Source: a virus (taxonomy: Duplodnaviria; Caudoviricetes). Taken from it: a stretch of DNA of 64,000 nucleotides. How positions within the stretch are numbered: position 1 is the first letter of the stretch; each line of letters opens with the position of its first letter. The translations under genes and the position numbers were made by a program. The notes below the pieces were generated by a model that was given only the letters and a program-made list of their open reading frames with translations, made no database searches and had not been told where the DNA came from. This document shows positions 12,001 to 23,200 of the stretch, one piece after another. The DNA lies in IMG/VR virus record IMGVR_UViG_3300020470_006081, positions 1,355-65,354 of that record, one strand, 5' to 3'.

Positions 12001-15000
12001 AGAGCGTATACTTTAACTAATAATATTACACAACCCTGAAGAAGAGCAACACGAGCAGCATTATCGTCAGGATCATTTTTCTCATATACATCATGGCAAA
12101 GTGATTTTTCATAGAATGACATTATTCTTTGTTTTACATCATCTAAATTAAAAAAGTCAGTCTCTGCATTTTCCAAGTCGTCTCTGTCAAAAGCAGCAAA
12201 TTGATCTAAAACTGTAGCGCAACGAGGGTCTACAGGCGCATTAGAGTTCATAGGATGTTTAAGTATTTTTTTCCATAAAGATTTCATCATGCCGCGTTCG
12301 TGTAAGCGAGAATCTTTTAATTTAGAAAAAGCTTGATGCACATGTGTTGCTTGCATTGCTGTAAAAGAGTGTCTAGTGAAAGATAATCTCATCCTTGCTT
12401 TACAATTATTAGGTATGGTATAACTGTCAGGCTTATATTGTTCAAATGCTTCAAAAAATCTTTTTGTAAGTAACATACCAAATATTTGACCTTTAAGATT
12501 TAAAGGATGCACACGCGGCGCTGAGGACCAGCTTTGATAAGCGTTCATTGCTTTATCTATAAATCTTTCTCCAGAAAAAGAATTATATAAGTTATCAACA
12601 AGTTCCTTTACATCATCGTCTACTTTTTTTCCAAAGTTAAAATTATATTTTTCTTTACCAATGTAATTTTCTCCAGCAATAATATCTGGATAATCATATG
12701 CACCAGTTATTTTTCCCTTTACAAATTTAAAAGCGTCTTTGAACTCTTCTGAGTTAATAGAAAAATTGTTATATAATGGCAAAATAGCATTTTGATATAT
12801 TAAACTTTCTCTTTTATTATGAAATTCTAATTCGCTAGTAAGAGAAGCAAACTGGTCTGTTGTATTTTCCATACTGGTTGCTATACTAGCAATTTTGTTT
12901 GTTAAGTCTACTCCGCTAAAACCAGCAACTGATTGAGCGGTTAATTCTGTAAAAGAAGTATCAATTTTAATAATATCCGGATTCCAATGATCACTCTGTT
13001 TATTAATATCTTTTGACACAGGATTAGAATTATATTTATAATCAAACCCTATACTTTTTTGAAACGTGCTTCCGTCTGTCAAAGCAGTATAAAGCTCTTC
13101 ATTGACTTTATCTTTATCATTCGAAAAATATTCAATCATTTTTTCAGGCTCGTAACTTAAAGGACTTTCTGGGTCAGGAAAGTGTTGCCTGAAAACAATA
13201 TATTGTGCACCCCATTGACCAGTAGTATCTTGTGTTACTTTTTTTGTTGCTTCAGTAGTCGCCCACTCACCCAAAGTAGTTGTTTCTTGTAGAGGGCCCT
13301 TATAAGTATCGCCGCTCATGACCCATTGTGTCGACCCTTCATACTCATCAGGAATACTTTCAGGGTTAAACGCAGAAAACTTAGAAATTCTTATTACTCT
13401 ACCGCGCCAAGTACCTCTTTTTAATATTACTCCGCCGGCGCCGACGACAGGACCAAAACTTGGAAACATCCCAATTACGCGGGAGTCTTCAAGACCTAGA
13501 GCTTCTGCCAAAGTTAAGTTCATGAATGTTTTAACAATCCACTGATTGCCTTTAAAAGGATTATTATCATCTACGATTAGAGATAGTTCGCCTTCAGCTT
13601 CGCTTGTTTCACCAAAGTCATCACTGTCTTCATCATCATTTACTAAAGCGCGCTCATAAAGTTGTAACCAATCTTCATATAATTTTGCATAGCCTGGCGA
13701 TATTGACAGGGCAGATGCCATCACTGAATCATGAAGCAAATCATCAATTTCTTCTTTAGTAGCTCCTATAAAGTCACTAAATGTAATTTCACCAGCGTCA
13801 TTCTTTAAAACTGGATATGTTGCATCTGTAAGTTCATAATTAGCAGTCTGGCTAAATTCGTATCTAAATGCATCGTATGGTGTTCCACCTACAGCTAGTG
13901 CTGCGTTGTCACTTTTAGAGTGCCTTAAGCCGGTATAAGACTGCAGCATGCCTATCCAGTTTTGAGGGTTGTCATCTATGTCTCTTAATTTCATATGAAG
14001 AGGAAATACAACGCGTGTTTCAGCTCTTGGCACAGGACCTAGGTCATTACCCTGATTAAGAAAAAATAAATCTCTCTTGGGTATCATAAGGTCTTTTAAA
14101 AATCTAGGTTTAGAATCATTTTGCCAATATTCTGATATTTTATTATTTATATTCACTGCACTTTCGTGTGTAAGTATAGTGTTTTCCCCAGTCAATACTT
14201 GTTGAACTGGCAAACTTTCTCCAGCTTCATTTACAACTTTTGAAATTGCTGTTACATACCCTGGCCTCCTTGAAACTACTTTTTGTAGGGTAGCCGCAGA
14301 TGAACTACGAACGTCTGTTGTAGAATTTTCACTAATCGCTCTAATAATATTACCATAATGTATAGGTTCAAAAAATCTAGAATTTTTTACAAAAGATTCC
14401 CACTTTGTAAGATCTTCTTTTATATCTTTTTCAGATAACGGCCAATACATATTCCACTGTGGAGCGGTCTCCAAAGTTTCTAATAATTCAAATTGATTTG
14501 CATCATTTACATTTTTGCTAGTTTGTGGCAACTCTTCGCCTGAGAATATAAATCGGTTTTTAGAGTTTGGAATTTCTATTTCCATCGGCCCTGTATCTGG
14601 CCACGACCATATTTGCCCATTATCATTTTCTTCAATCAGAATTTTTTGTTCTAATGCTTTTTCAAGCCAGGAAGGTATATTAGTTGTTGAAACTACTTCG
14701 TTGTCACCTCTGGTTATTAAACCACCATAATGTGAGTATTTATTATAAGTTATAGGATAAATTTTACCTCTCCAACTTTGATGAAAGCCTGAGGTAAAAC
14801 TGTAACTATAAGGATCACCAATATATGCAAAAGCTTCTTTATAATAAGGATTGTTTGTTATCTGCGAAAATATTTGCATTGAATCCTTCATTTGTTGAGG
14901 ATCTGTCATAACAGCTATAGCTCGCGGCGGAACAGCAAAAAATTCTAAAGAAGCAAGATCTTGTATTAAAGAACCCTTTACTGTCGACAAAATGTTGTCA

Positions 15001-18000
15001 GTGACTCTTGACATTGAATCTTTTACACCAGGCGGTATTTCAAAAAAACCTCCTTCGCCGCATGCTGGGGGCATAACATTGTCTAGGGGGTCCATCCCAA
15101 ACATCCCTAATCCTGCCATGGCAATTACTTTATTTCTTAAGTCGTCTAGCTCTCTTTCTATTTGTGTTTCACACTCTTCCGGTGTTAAGCCTGACATTTT
15201 CAACTCTTCGCATCTGGCATCTCTGTTATAAATTGCGTCACAAACATCAATTATGACCGGTGATGAGGCAGTAAGCAAATCACAGACATCCAAATCGTCT
15301 CCAAGACTCGTTCCTAAATCTTCAAAAATGATACGTATTTCATTTATTGTATCTATTCCTGCAGCGTATATTTGTGGCCATCTATCTTGAGTTATTATTA
15401 AACAATCATATAGTGTAGATTTTGAAGCAATACCTCTTAAAAGATTACATAATTGTCTATTTTTTAAACTATCTATCAAATCTTGAAGCCACGCAACGAC
15501 ATCTGCATCTGATATTCCAGGAATTTGCGGTAAGTTTTCTCTCCTTAAGGACGGGATTGTTTCAGATGCAGGTCTTTTAGTTAAGGCAGGATTTGGGCCC
15601 GGGCCTTGATCAGTGTTTTCCTCTAAACATCTTTCTAATGCATCTTTTATGAGAAGATGTGCTATTTGTCCTAATATTATGCCTATCATCGATAGCAACA
15701 TCATTAACAATTTAGGTCCATAGTCCCCCATATGACTGTCAGTATTTAATTTTTCTGGAAAACGTATTGAAGGGATCTTAAGAGGAAAAGCTCTCACTAA
15801 AGTCTCTATAAAATCCTCCCACCAAGTTCCCAAGCCTCCAAGCAGGGCGCCGGGATTTTTAAATAAATCCTCTAAGCCATCCAATAAATCACCTACAATC
15901 AGCTCACAAATCTCTTCTATATTAATTACATTATTTTTCATGTAATCTAGCCACTCTTTGGCATCTTGTAAGGCTTTTCTAGAATCTTCTGCAGCAGAAT
16001 ATTCTGCAACTGATTTAGCTGTTTTTAGTAGACTTTTATAATCAACAGCACTAATCGGGCCCGCAAAAGAATCTCCAGATAAATAAGGCCCATATTGATT
16101 GGGATCCGGAATTAAATAATTATTTTGAACCAACAAAGCGTTAGCTTCAGCAATACTATAGCCAAGCTCTATTAGGCGTGTTTTTTCAAATTCAATTTCA
16201 TCTGATCTATATTGTCGGGGATTAAAACTATTTTGATTAGATATAGGTGGTACCTCGCCGTGCGCTTGTGGTATACTAATTGGACCTTTATCTTCAATAG
16301 CTTTATTTAACAAGTTAATTTCTATGTTTGCTTTTTCAAAATTTCTAATAACTTCAATCGCTTTTGGATTGATATTGATTTCTCCAACTATCAACGCTGT
16401 TGCGATAGGACAATCATTAAACCTTGCGTCCAACACCAATCTTTGACTATTTTCTGTGTCAATTGCCTCTGACTTATTATCAACTTTTAGAGCATCCGGA
16501 TGTGCGTAAGGAGAGTCAGGGTTTCCTAGTATAGCCAATATTCTTTGTGAAGACTGCCTATTGGGGTGGAGAAGAGCGTTGGCTACCAATATACCGCCTA
16601 CAGCATGTGGTCCAATTGATTCAACTAGTTTTAAAATAGCAGACTCACATATTGCCTGTAAGGTTAAATCTAAACCTAATTTTTTCTGAAGACATGCAAA
16701 TATAAGAGAAAGCAATGCCATAGGATCCAAAGAATGAAAAAAGCCTCTGTATAACATAGTAAGGCCTTTTTTAGCAGCGTCCGGACTTTTAGCATCAAAT
16801 GTCCCAGCCATTTCGCCTAATTCTTCGCTTGTCTTTTCTAAGCTTTTCTTTTGAAGCGAAGGATCACCAGCATATGTAGGTGTTTTAAACTGTTCAAAAT
16901 ATTTTTCTTTACATTTAGGATTGTTATATAGCTTTTCTTGTAATAACTTCTCTTGCCGGCCAGAATTAGGTCCTGTTTTATTCAATTGATCTATAAGTTC
17001 ATCACAGTCAATTTCTTCAGGATCATCAAATTTTTGTGGATCTTTAGACGGATATATCTTTAAAGGTGGTACACAATATTTTTGCAAAAACTCAGCCCAA
17101 TCATATGAACTCATATCAGAGCCACCATCATTTAAAGTTTTAGTGATACTACTATGAGAAAGAATTATATGGAGTGTTCTACTGCCATATGCGCCAGCAA
17201 ATACTTCTCTTATATAAGGCAATGCGACTTTTAGATTAACGCCGCTGCGGTTAACCCCTGTGCTGCCATCTATTTCATTATTCGTTATAAAAGGGTCAAA
17301 ATCAAATAAGCTTAAATTACTTTCTTCGCCCTCTAAAGATTTTGGGTCTGGAGAGAACATAACGTATGAAATTGTCTCTCTAACAGAGCAACCTTTTTTA
17401 TCATTGTCCGTTATACCAAACTGTAGTATATGATCAAACTCTGTTTTAGTGCCGGATGAAGCAAGAGAGGAAATTTGTGAAGTATCTGTTGTTGCAGGAA
17501 AAGACTGTCTAGCTAAAAATAAATCAATTTCTTTTGCAAAATTTTCTATTTGCTCAATTTGTACGTTTATATTATAATCCAGGCCATTAACATCTGTAAT
17601 TTTAAGCTTTGACGTTTCTAGCTTTCCCTTCACATTTTTAAACTTTTTAGCTAAATCTGCACATATTTTAGGCAATTCTTTTATATTAACTGAGAAAGCA
17701 TAATTTTTACCATTTTCATATTCAGTGCCAGCTAAAATATTAGAAAAGCTTGTATCTGGAAGGGCATCAATATAATTTGCTCGAATAGCAAAAAGTGCTT
17801 TTTGATTATTTGGATTGGCTGTCTGAGTATTTACTTTCAAGCCGGCTAAAATAAAATGTTCATCTCTTAGCATATCAGCCGCAGGTGTATTTCTTTTTCC
17901 TAGATAAGTCAATAAATTATCAAAAGCGTTTTGTTTTAGTTCCGCTATTGAATTACTTGAGACTACCTGCTTTTCACTCTCTATCTGTTGTTCGCTTTTA

Positions 18001-18761
18001 TATTCACCGTATATTTCACCACTTGTAACAGCTTCGGATTGTCTTTTATTCTCACCTAAAATAAAATAATAATATCCCTCTGAGCACTTCAGTGTCGGGT
18101 TTTTATTAATTCCTTCAGCATTATAAGAAGTACCGACAATGCCACTTTTAGAATTGTGCTCATTAAAATTATAATACACAAGTCTTACATCGTTTGCAGT
18201 AAGAGATAGCCAACTTTCGTTATCCTTAGGAGAAACTTCGCGGGCGCCTTCGGGAACGTATACTTTTGACAGGGGATCGCTGGGCTGTAAAAATCTTTTT
18301 GATATTAAAGCACAGGTCTGCCCATCTTTTATTCTAATATACTCTGGCTTTGTATATAATAAACGTGATTGGCCACGAGTATGTTTAATCAATAATTCAG
18401 GAGAATGAAATCCAACCCAAATACCTGTTTCGCTCTCAACAATCTCAACAGGAATAATTGGCATCCCTAAATTAACCTCAATTCCATCAGAATTTTTATC
18501 TTTTGATTTAATCAACGAGCCATCGTTATTTAAAATAGAAAAATCTAAATTTGACCAACCACCCTCAAGCTTTTCTAAATGAGGGGCCACACGACATGGT
18601 AAATAAGATCTTGCTGGCTTATTAGGTGAATCAGAACTCATTAGAAACCCAATGTAATAATCATAATCACCAATATTTATTTGAGATTCTAAATACTTAT
18701 CACTTGTTATTGGTGATGGTATTGTATTTTCATGAATTTCTGGTGCTGGTTTAGTATCCAT
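9039..18761 (-). CDS. giant hypothetical protein (3240 aa), probably virion/baseplate-associated
   Basis: Uninterrupted 9.7-kb ORF between gp25-like and spike genes, with scattered Cys and several hydrophobic helices. Confidence 0.6.
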   Translation of the reverse strand: MDTKPAPEIHENTIPSPITSDKYLESQINIGDYDYYIGFLMSSDSPNKPARSYLPCRVAPHLEKLEGGWSNLDFSILNNDGSLIKSKDKNSDGIEVNLGMPIIPVEIVESETGIWVGFHSPELLIKHTRGQSRLLYTKPEYIRIKDGQTCALISKRFLQPSDPLSKVYVPEGAREVSPKDNESWLSLTANDVRLVYYNFNEHNSKSGIVGTSYNAEGINKNPTLKCSEGYYYFILGENKRQSEAVTSGEIYGEYKSEQQIESEKQVVSSNSIAELKQNAFDNLLTYLGKRNTPAADMLRDEHFILAGLKVNTQTANPNNQKALFAIRANYIDALPDTSFSNILAGTEYENGKNYAFSVNIKELPKICADLAKKFKNVKGKLETSKLKITDVNGLDYNINVQIEQIENFAKEIDLFLARQSFPATTDTSQISSLASSGTKTEFDHILQFGITDNDKKGCSVRETISYVMFSPDPKSLEGEESNLSLFDFDPFITNNEIDGSTGVNRSGVNLKVALPYIREVFAGAYGSRTLHIILSHSSITKTLNDGGSDMSSYDWAEFLQKYCVPPLKIYPSKDPQKFDDPEEIDCDELIDQLNKTGPNSGRQEKLLQEKLYNNPKCKEKYFEQFKTPTYAGDPSLQKKSLEKTSEELGEMAGTFDAKSPDAAKKGLTMLYRGFFHSLDPMALLSLIFACLQKKLGLDLTLQAICESAILKLVESIGPHAVGGILVANALLHPNRQSSQRILAILGNPDSPYAHPDALKVDNKSEAIDTENSQRLVLDARFNDCPIATALIVGEININPKAIEVIRNFEKANIEINLLNKAIEDKGPISIPQAHGEVPPISNQNSFNPRQYRSDEIEFEKTRLIELGYSIAEANALLVQNNYLIPDPNQYGPYLSGDSFAGPISAVDYKSLLKTAKSVAEYSAAEDSRKALQDAKEWLDYMKNNVINIEEICELIVGDLLDGLEDLFKNPGALLGGLGTWWEDFIETLVRAFPLKIPSIRFPEKLNTDSHMGDYGPKLLMMLLSMIGIILGQIAHLLIKDALERCLEENTDQGPGPNPALTKRPASETIPSLRRENLPQIPGISDADVVAWLQDLIDSLKNRQLCNLLRGIASKSTLYDCLIITQDRWPQIYAAGIDTINEIRIIFEDLGTSLGDDLDVCDLLTASSPVIIDVCDAIYNRDARCEELKMSGLTPEECETQIERELDDLRNKVIAMAGLGMFGMDPLDNVMPPACGEGGFFEIPPGVKDSMSRVTDNILSTVKGSLIQDLASLEFFAVPPRAIAVMTDPQQMKDSMQIFSQITNNPYYKEAFAYIGDPYSYSFTSGFHQSWRGKIYPITYNKYSHYGGLITRGDNEVVSTTNIPSWLEKALEQKILIEENDNGQIWSWPDTGPMEIEIPNSKNRFIFSGEELPQTSKNVNDANQFELLETLETAPQWNMYWPLSEKDIKEDLTKWESFVKNSRFFEPIHYGNIIRAISENSTTDVRSSSAATLQKVVSRRPGYVTAISKVVNEAGESLPVQQVLTGENTILTHESAVNINNKISEYWQNDSKPRFLKDLMIPKRDLFFLNQGNDLGPVPRAETRVVFPLHMKLRDIDDNPQNWIGMLQSYTGLRHSKSDNAALAVGGTPYDAFRYEFSQTANYELTDATYPVLKNDAGEITFSDFIGATKEEIDDLLHDSVMASALSISPGYAKLYEDWLQLYERALVNDDEDSDDFGETSEAEGELSLIVDDNNPFKGNQWIVKTFMNLTLAEALGLEDSRVIGMFPSFGPVVGAGGVILKRGTWRGRVIRISKFSAFNPESIPDEYEGSTQWVMSGDTYKGPLQETTTLGEWATTEATKKVTQDTTGQWGAQYIVFRQHFPDPESPLSYEPEKMIEYFSNDKDKVNEELYTALTDGSTFQKSIGFDYKYNSNPVSKDINKQSDHWNPDIIKIDTSFTELTAQSVAGFSGVDLTNKIASIATSMENTTDQFASLTSELEFHNKRESLIYQNAILPLYNNFSINSEEFKDAFKFVKGKITGAYDYPDIIAGENYIGKEKYNFNFGKKVDDDVKELVDNLYNSFSGERFIDKAMNAYQSWSSAPRVHPLNLKGQIFGMLLTKRFFEAFEQYKPDSYTIPNNCKARMRLSFTRHSFTAMQATHVHQAFSKLKDSRLHERGMMKSLWKKILKHPMNSNAPVDPRCATVLDQFAAFDRDDLENAETDFFNLDDVKQRIMSFYEKSLCHDVYEKNDPDDNAARVALLQGCVILLVKVYALEVCLASIIAWDSYDLSDIIKDDIMVKIIVQNIKEDISIEMISKIANDILRKEEGMSDIEIAYFRGQSSGLEYLIKAESRNIISTVKDLFSNSNPMSEDLNLEVIKSSDINARDVVKKMGFSGGSDSGPQELLLTGSRFEAQVNSFNTQTGIDFVHDARFTNNIYTMNYHHGHKHNTPFYNTQGGNSGPTISTEWRDSELFGFFPFKGTKTEEGRVISTDNKNFFHSLPMSHRSSVDIDTYYVGEIKTNHTPGAYSLDWKVGLNAKQHVAKYDAYRAYADTDFFNSGGEFDEEYRDFTRLNFARLTQAHNANAFSKENILENTFGTELHKELGNFIIQPYIKIVDTTPEERQNMTVSVLTKIDGSDVDPTTGEPCDPEYSLSDPISASEFEGVFQEINGKRKEEGNIFKCHIFDYVPLTAWSHFYSSIFLKTIFNHYSPAHPGVQSPLFELYKKYGFKLMFKELKIGLRLTYAIPAETLDQFHSAFPEENIRNVMFDAFRGEQEIEGLKRSKSLYVQRPYYIYNDQNKEQAKIIMSEIHVPVVEVERSLNVVEGSYSFVLDDSSDLINLDELGFWAYAGSSGYGNSEYKNPDYYSLANLSEEKLKYMANSASSFFYKNLAPGLVQELKNSAEFKLIFDHCIPMRKYMVMGFMYAADGLSKFIPEPTDVLDLTKKKLMMIMENLINSQDYKYVPNDVLNSLGDAMLRNAGGTTGKDTDIYPLILKMIYKTMFMILKGFVEITDPAVIIAKLIIDIANAITMATLGAIESGLNATKLVLNGSKIMAESALTQALMQVKMAGSMLIVTKDTLNFPAEADGCKPLKTYITIQMDGEDPETWEMKVDDVPQDCLDKLDEDQKNTFEGFTREFNRVFAKDNQDSLISVYISAKQELDEITEELEGIVKDLEEFHEEAKETMEDVFSSPYLLPGLWAALLPSMMPLGGGIIPPPFYLGPPSTVPGMIYLALLLIDAIEDKQHRDLNPDDCDDQL

Positions 18762-18769
18762 CTTTTTCC

Positions 18770-20224
18770 TTAGTTTACTTTATTCAAAGTACTGTTTATA
18801 TAATTATCGCCGCTTTCTGTTAAATAATTCGCTCTAATACCTTGCAAATTTGTTGATTGTTTTATGGTTGATAATTCAGTCTTAGTCATAGTTTCTATGC
18901 CACACTGAATTCCGCCTGCTTCTGCTTGCCCAGAAACAGTTGTTGGTAGGGCAAAAAATGGAGACAAGTGTGTATGACTCATTACCGCTTGATTCATTTT
19001 CATTTGATATTTTACACTAGCATGTGTTATATTTGCTAAACTCTCTATTTGGCCAATAATTGTATCTAGTAATTTTATTAAATTATCACCTAAAACCATT
19101 GGCTGCAGGCTATCAGTTTTATTCATAGCAACAATTTCAATTCCGCTTTTACCTAATACTTCTCCACCTTGAGAATTAAATTTATCTGTACCGGTAACTA
19201 TTCTAATACTTTCTCGCCCTATTAAACGTACATTATCGGCCTTAACAACCACTGCAGATTTTGCTCCATATTTTCCTATCGCAGTTATATCTGTTTCTTG
19301 GTTTTCTTCTTCATTTGATTTTCCAAATTCACCTATTGCAAAGTTTTTATCTACATCAGTTTTTTGTGACATGTATATTCTAGCAGAATCAATTAGAAAG
19401 TAAGGATTAACCTTTATCTCACTCTCAACCATATCACCATTATCAGTCTCTATTTTTTCTACTTCCTTTGGATTATAACCGCCTAGACCAGCTACTAAAT
19501 CAATAGAATCACATTGTGTATGGCCTTTTCCGCCATATCCAGTGTGTGGTTTATTTACTCTGTCGTTACCTATTACAATAAAAGCATTATTATCTACGCC
19601 GCGGCCTACAATTACTTCGCTAGCTGTGTTTTCTCTCTTAACCATCGCTTGGACGCGCTTTGAGCCAAAGACTCCGCTAATATTTTTCTGTCCTCTTTGC
19701 TCTTCAGATAATTTTTCAAATTGCTCTTTTTTCTTCTCTGAAGAGCCACCAAGATCGCGGGCCTTTTTTTCAAAAAGTGAAGTACTAAAAAGTGAAGTGC
19801 GAGAAAGACCACTTTTACCCGGAGGGTTATAAGGCGGTACAGTATCATCAAAATTACTTAAATTATTATATGAACTTACATTACTATCATTTGTAGCAGG
19901 CACGCCTTGTTCGTTTAATAAATTATTTTGTATGTCAGCATCTAAATTTAAATCTTCTCTGTCTTTTTCTTCATCAAAGTTTTTTTCTGGTTCAAATGTG
20001 CCATCAGAAAAAGGATCGGTGTCTGATTGTCCGTTTATTGTAAAATTTGAATTTTTTTCTTTTTGTTCTGCAATAAATGCTTCTGCTTCAGATTGCTTAG
20101 TTGTTAAAATAGCCGCATCAATTTGGCCTGTCTGTTCATTTACAACCACCATATTATAGTATGTCTTTACACCATCGGCAGTAGGTACATTAATATTTTT
20201 TGCGACTGCATTAAAATTAGCCAT
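18770..20224 (-). CDS. central spike protein (gp5 C-terminal / gpV-like beta-helix)
   Basis: Beta-repeat segment SAVVVKADNVRLIGRESIRIVTG, then PMVLGDNL and an H-x-H motif (SHTH) near the C-terminus; baseplate context. Confidence 0.6.
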   Translation of the reverse strand: MANFNAVAKNINVPTADGVKTYYNMVVVNEQTGQIDAAILTTKQSEAEAFIAEQKEKNSNFTINGQSDTDPFSDGTFEPEKNFDEEKDREDLNLDADIQNNLLNEQGVPATNDSNVSSYNNLSNFDDTVPPYNPPGKSGLSRTSLFSTSLFEKKARDLGGSSEKKKEQFEKLSEEQRGQKNISGVFGSKRVQAMVKRENTASEVIVGRGVDNNAFIVIGNDRVNKPHTGYGGKGHTQCDSIDLVAGLGGYNPKEVEKIETDNGDMVESEIKVNPYFLIDSARIYMSQKTDVDKNFAIGEFGKSNEEENQETDITAIGKYGAKSAVVVKADNVRLIGRESIRIVTGTDKFNSQGGEVLGKSGIEIVAMNKTDSLQPMVLGDNLIKLLDTIIGQIESLANITHASVKYQMKMNQAVMSHTHLSPFFALPTTVSGQAEAGGIQCGIETMTKTELSTIKQSTNLQGIRANYLTESGDNYINSTLNKVN

Positions 20225-20227
20225 TTT

Positions 20228-23200
20228 TTAACCTATCCTCTTTTTTGTAGCAGCAATCTGGGACCATGGCACCAATGATCTTCCTGACCAAAAATGAAAA
20301 TGCATATGATCTTCCACAGACGTTGTCGTCCAAGATATTGCTTTAATTCTTTTAACTATGTTGGGTATATTATATATTTCTGAAATTCTTTTTTGTTCTG
20401 CTTCTGACCATCTAGATCCACCTCGCCAGCGTTTTTTCATAAATTTTGCGTTTCCCCACCTCATTCCTGAAGTTTCGCAAAAAGTGATTAGCCATAGAGT
20501 TGGATTTGCGCCTGGAGGCACAATCGGACCTCCTGCTGCAGCGCGCATAATTTTTTTGTATATTTCTCTTTGGCCTCCAGATTCACCGCCGCCTTTATAA
20601 GCGTTTGGAGCTTGCTCCCAATTTTCAGCCATCCTTAACACATTGCTAGCTTCAAAAGCATTATTTGATAGAGTAGAAGGTCTAGTTTTAAAAACACCCA
20701 AATCATATAATTCTTGTGCGTGTTGTGATAAGAAAGCTGCTGACCAAGCGCCAGTGTAAACACTATATAAAGGAGAACCATCGCGGCTATAACCAGTAAT
20801 AAAAGGATCTACATCAATAGCCAGGCCAAATGCATGCAGAGACATACCAAAACGATAAGCGGTATTGCCTTTAAAATTTCCATAGCCTCTTATTCCACGA
20901 ACAATTGAAAACGGAACATAATTTGATATACCGCATGCTGACGACCAAGCGCTAGAAACTCTGTCTGTTATACACGACCATATGGGAGGACTTTTTGAAT
21001 TAGTTGTCTGGCCTGAAGCAGCGCGATGTTGAAAATCAAAACTTTTAATCTCATACGTATTAATCGTATCTAGTTTAGTTGGTATCTTAGAAGATCTGCC
21101 AGAAATTACAAATCTTTTTTTATCTGGAAGATACGGTATCATTTCATAGATTTGATCAAAATTGTTAGGAACTGAAACTTGTATACCAGCGCAATCAGCG
21201 GCGCCTACTGCGTTAAAAGCTTCTGGAGTATCAACCGGCTTTGGAGCTATCATATCTCCTAGTTTTATAGGTGGTGGCGCACATTCTGGATCTAAACTAA
21301 CGGCTTTCGAAGAAATTTTTTCAATTGTATTTTCTACTTTAAGTTTTATTTTTTCGTATGCGTCTGCTGCAGCCATAGTTTGAGCGTATTGATTTAAAGT
21401 ACCATCAACATTAGCATCACCATTAACAAATTGAACTGTACCAAACGTATTAAAATCAAATCTTTTATATAAATCGTTCCAACTTCCAGAAACTAGTTTT
21501 TGTGTTTTTTTTGCAGCTGCTAGCATTTCATCTAGATCTGTTTTAAATTTTTCAAGCCTAGGTTTATACAGACTGTGAGAAAGCAATTGCTGTTCAAAAT
21601 TAGATATTATTGTAAGTTCTGCTAAATCTTTTTTGCTTGTCAAGTATCTGGTATAATCAGAAAAAAATTGACTGGTTTTATTTGTCACTAAACCACCGTT
21701 AGCATCACAATATATCCTAAGATTAGGATTATCTGGATTCCCCTCATCTCTGCAATAAGCCTGGGATCCGTTCTGTATAACATTCGTTAAGAAAGTTTCA
21801 AAATAATTTATTGATTCATTTAATTGACTAATCTTTTTTTGAATCTTAGCGGCATCAGCTGCGGCTTGAGATTTAGTGCAAGCCTCTGCATGATCAGGCA
21901 CAGAATCAAAAGATCTTGATTGGCTATTGTCACTATCGCTTTTTCTTCTTGCAATATCTCCAGAATAATCATTTAACATTGAGAAAGCATAACCAACTTT
22001 TCCTTTTAAATTTGCTTTATCTTTTGCTGTAACATGAAAGCTAACAAAACTATTAACACCTTCTTCAAAATTAAAAGAAAATTTTCTTTCACCCAATCCT
22101 CCGACTTGCTTATTATGTTTTTTATAAAGGTCTATCCTGTTAAGTTCATCAAAAAATTGGTTAACGTTTTGATTTGAAGGAGCGTATTCAGTTATGTAGT
22201 TAAATTCAAATACAGAATCAACCGGCTTGTGCATTATATAATCAGTATAAAGTGTTCTAGATGGTGATTTATTATCAAAGAATGGGTCAAAACCAGCAGT
22301 GTCATACCCTGTGTCAACAAAATCTATTCTTCTAACTTCACTAACTGACATAAAGCTTTGTCTAGCAACAACATGACTAGCATTTGTTGTAATATCTTTT
22401 GCCATAGCTGCTAGAGCTACACCACCCATGCCTTCAGCTAATATCGATGCATATTCAATTTTATCAGAAATATTTGGAAAATGCCTTCCTAAAACCGTAA
22501 CCACTTCATCATAAAATTTTCCGAAATCTCCACCACTAAAAGTACCATCAAAAGTTGCAAATTGACGATTATACAGATGATTTACCTCAGACAAGTTTTC
22601 TCCTGCACTACTTGGCATGTTTTTAAGATAATTTTTCATCATCTCTCTAACTTGAGGATCCATAAAAGTTCTGGATGTAGTTTTTCTATACCCCAATATA
22701 CCATTAGCTACTTCTTCACCATTCATTATTTCTCTTGTGCGCGCTGAGCCAACTGTTCCAAAACCTCTAGAATAAGACATTTCCGGTATAACTAAAATAA
22801 AATTTCTACCGTCACGGATCAAATCTTTTATTCCGGGCGCAACTTTCTCTTTAAAATCATTGTCTTTTATTGTTGTCGCATGTTGTATTGCTGCTTCAAC
22901 TGATGTTAATGGCCCTGTAATCCAAGGATACCCAAAACCACCTCTATCATGAAAATAAAACTTAAGTTCTATTTCAGAATTTAAGTCTAAAGTCCCAGGT
23001 GCATATATTATTGTCTCTCTACCCAAATTAAGCGGGCGGTCAATAACGTCTAAATAGCCATTATTTTTTAAATGCCCCACCCATATAAAGGCATTGCTTG
23101 AGTTTGGCGCTGCGCCAGGGATATTGTGCTTTGCTGATGGAGTAGCAAGCCTTAAACATTCATCGAAATGTTGTTTAGTTTGTTGAGTTCCGTTACCAAA

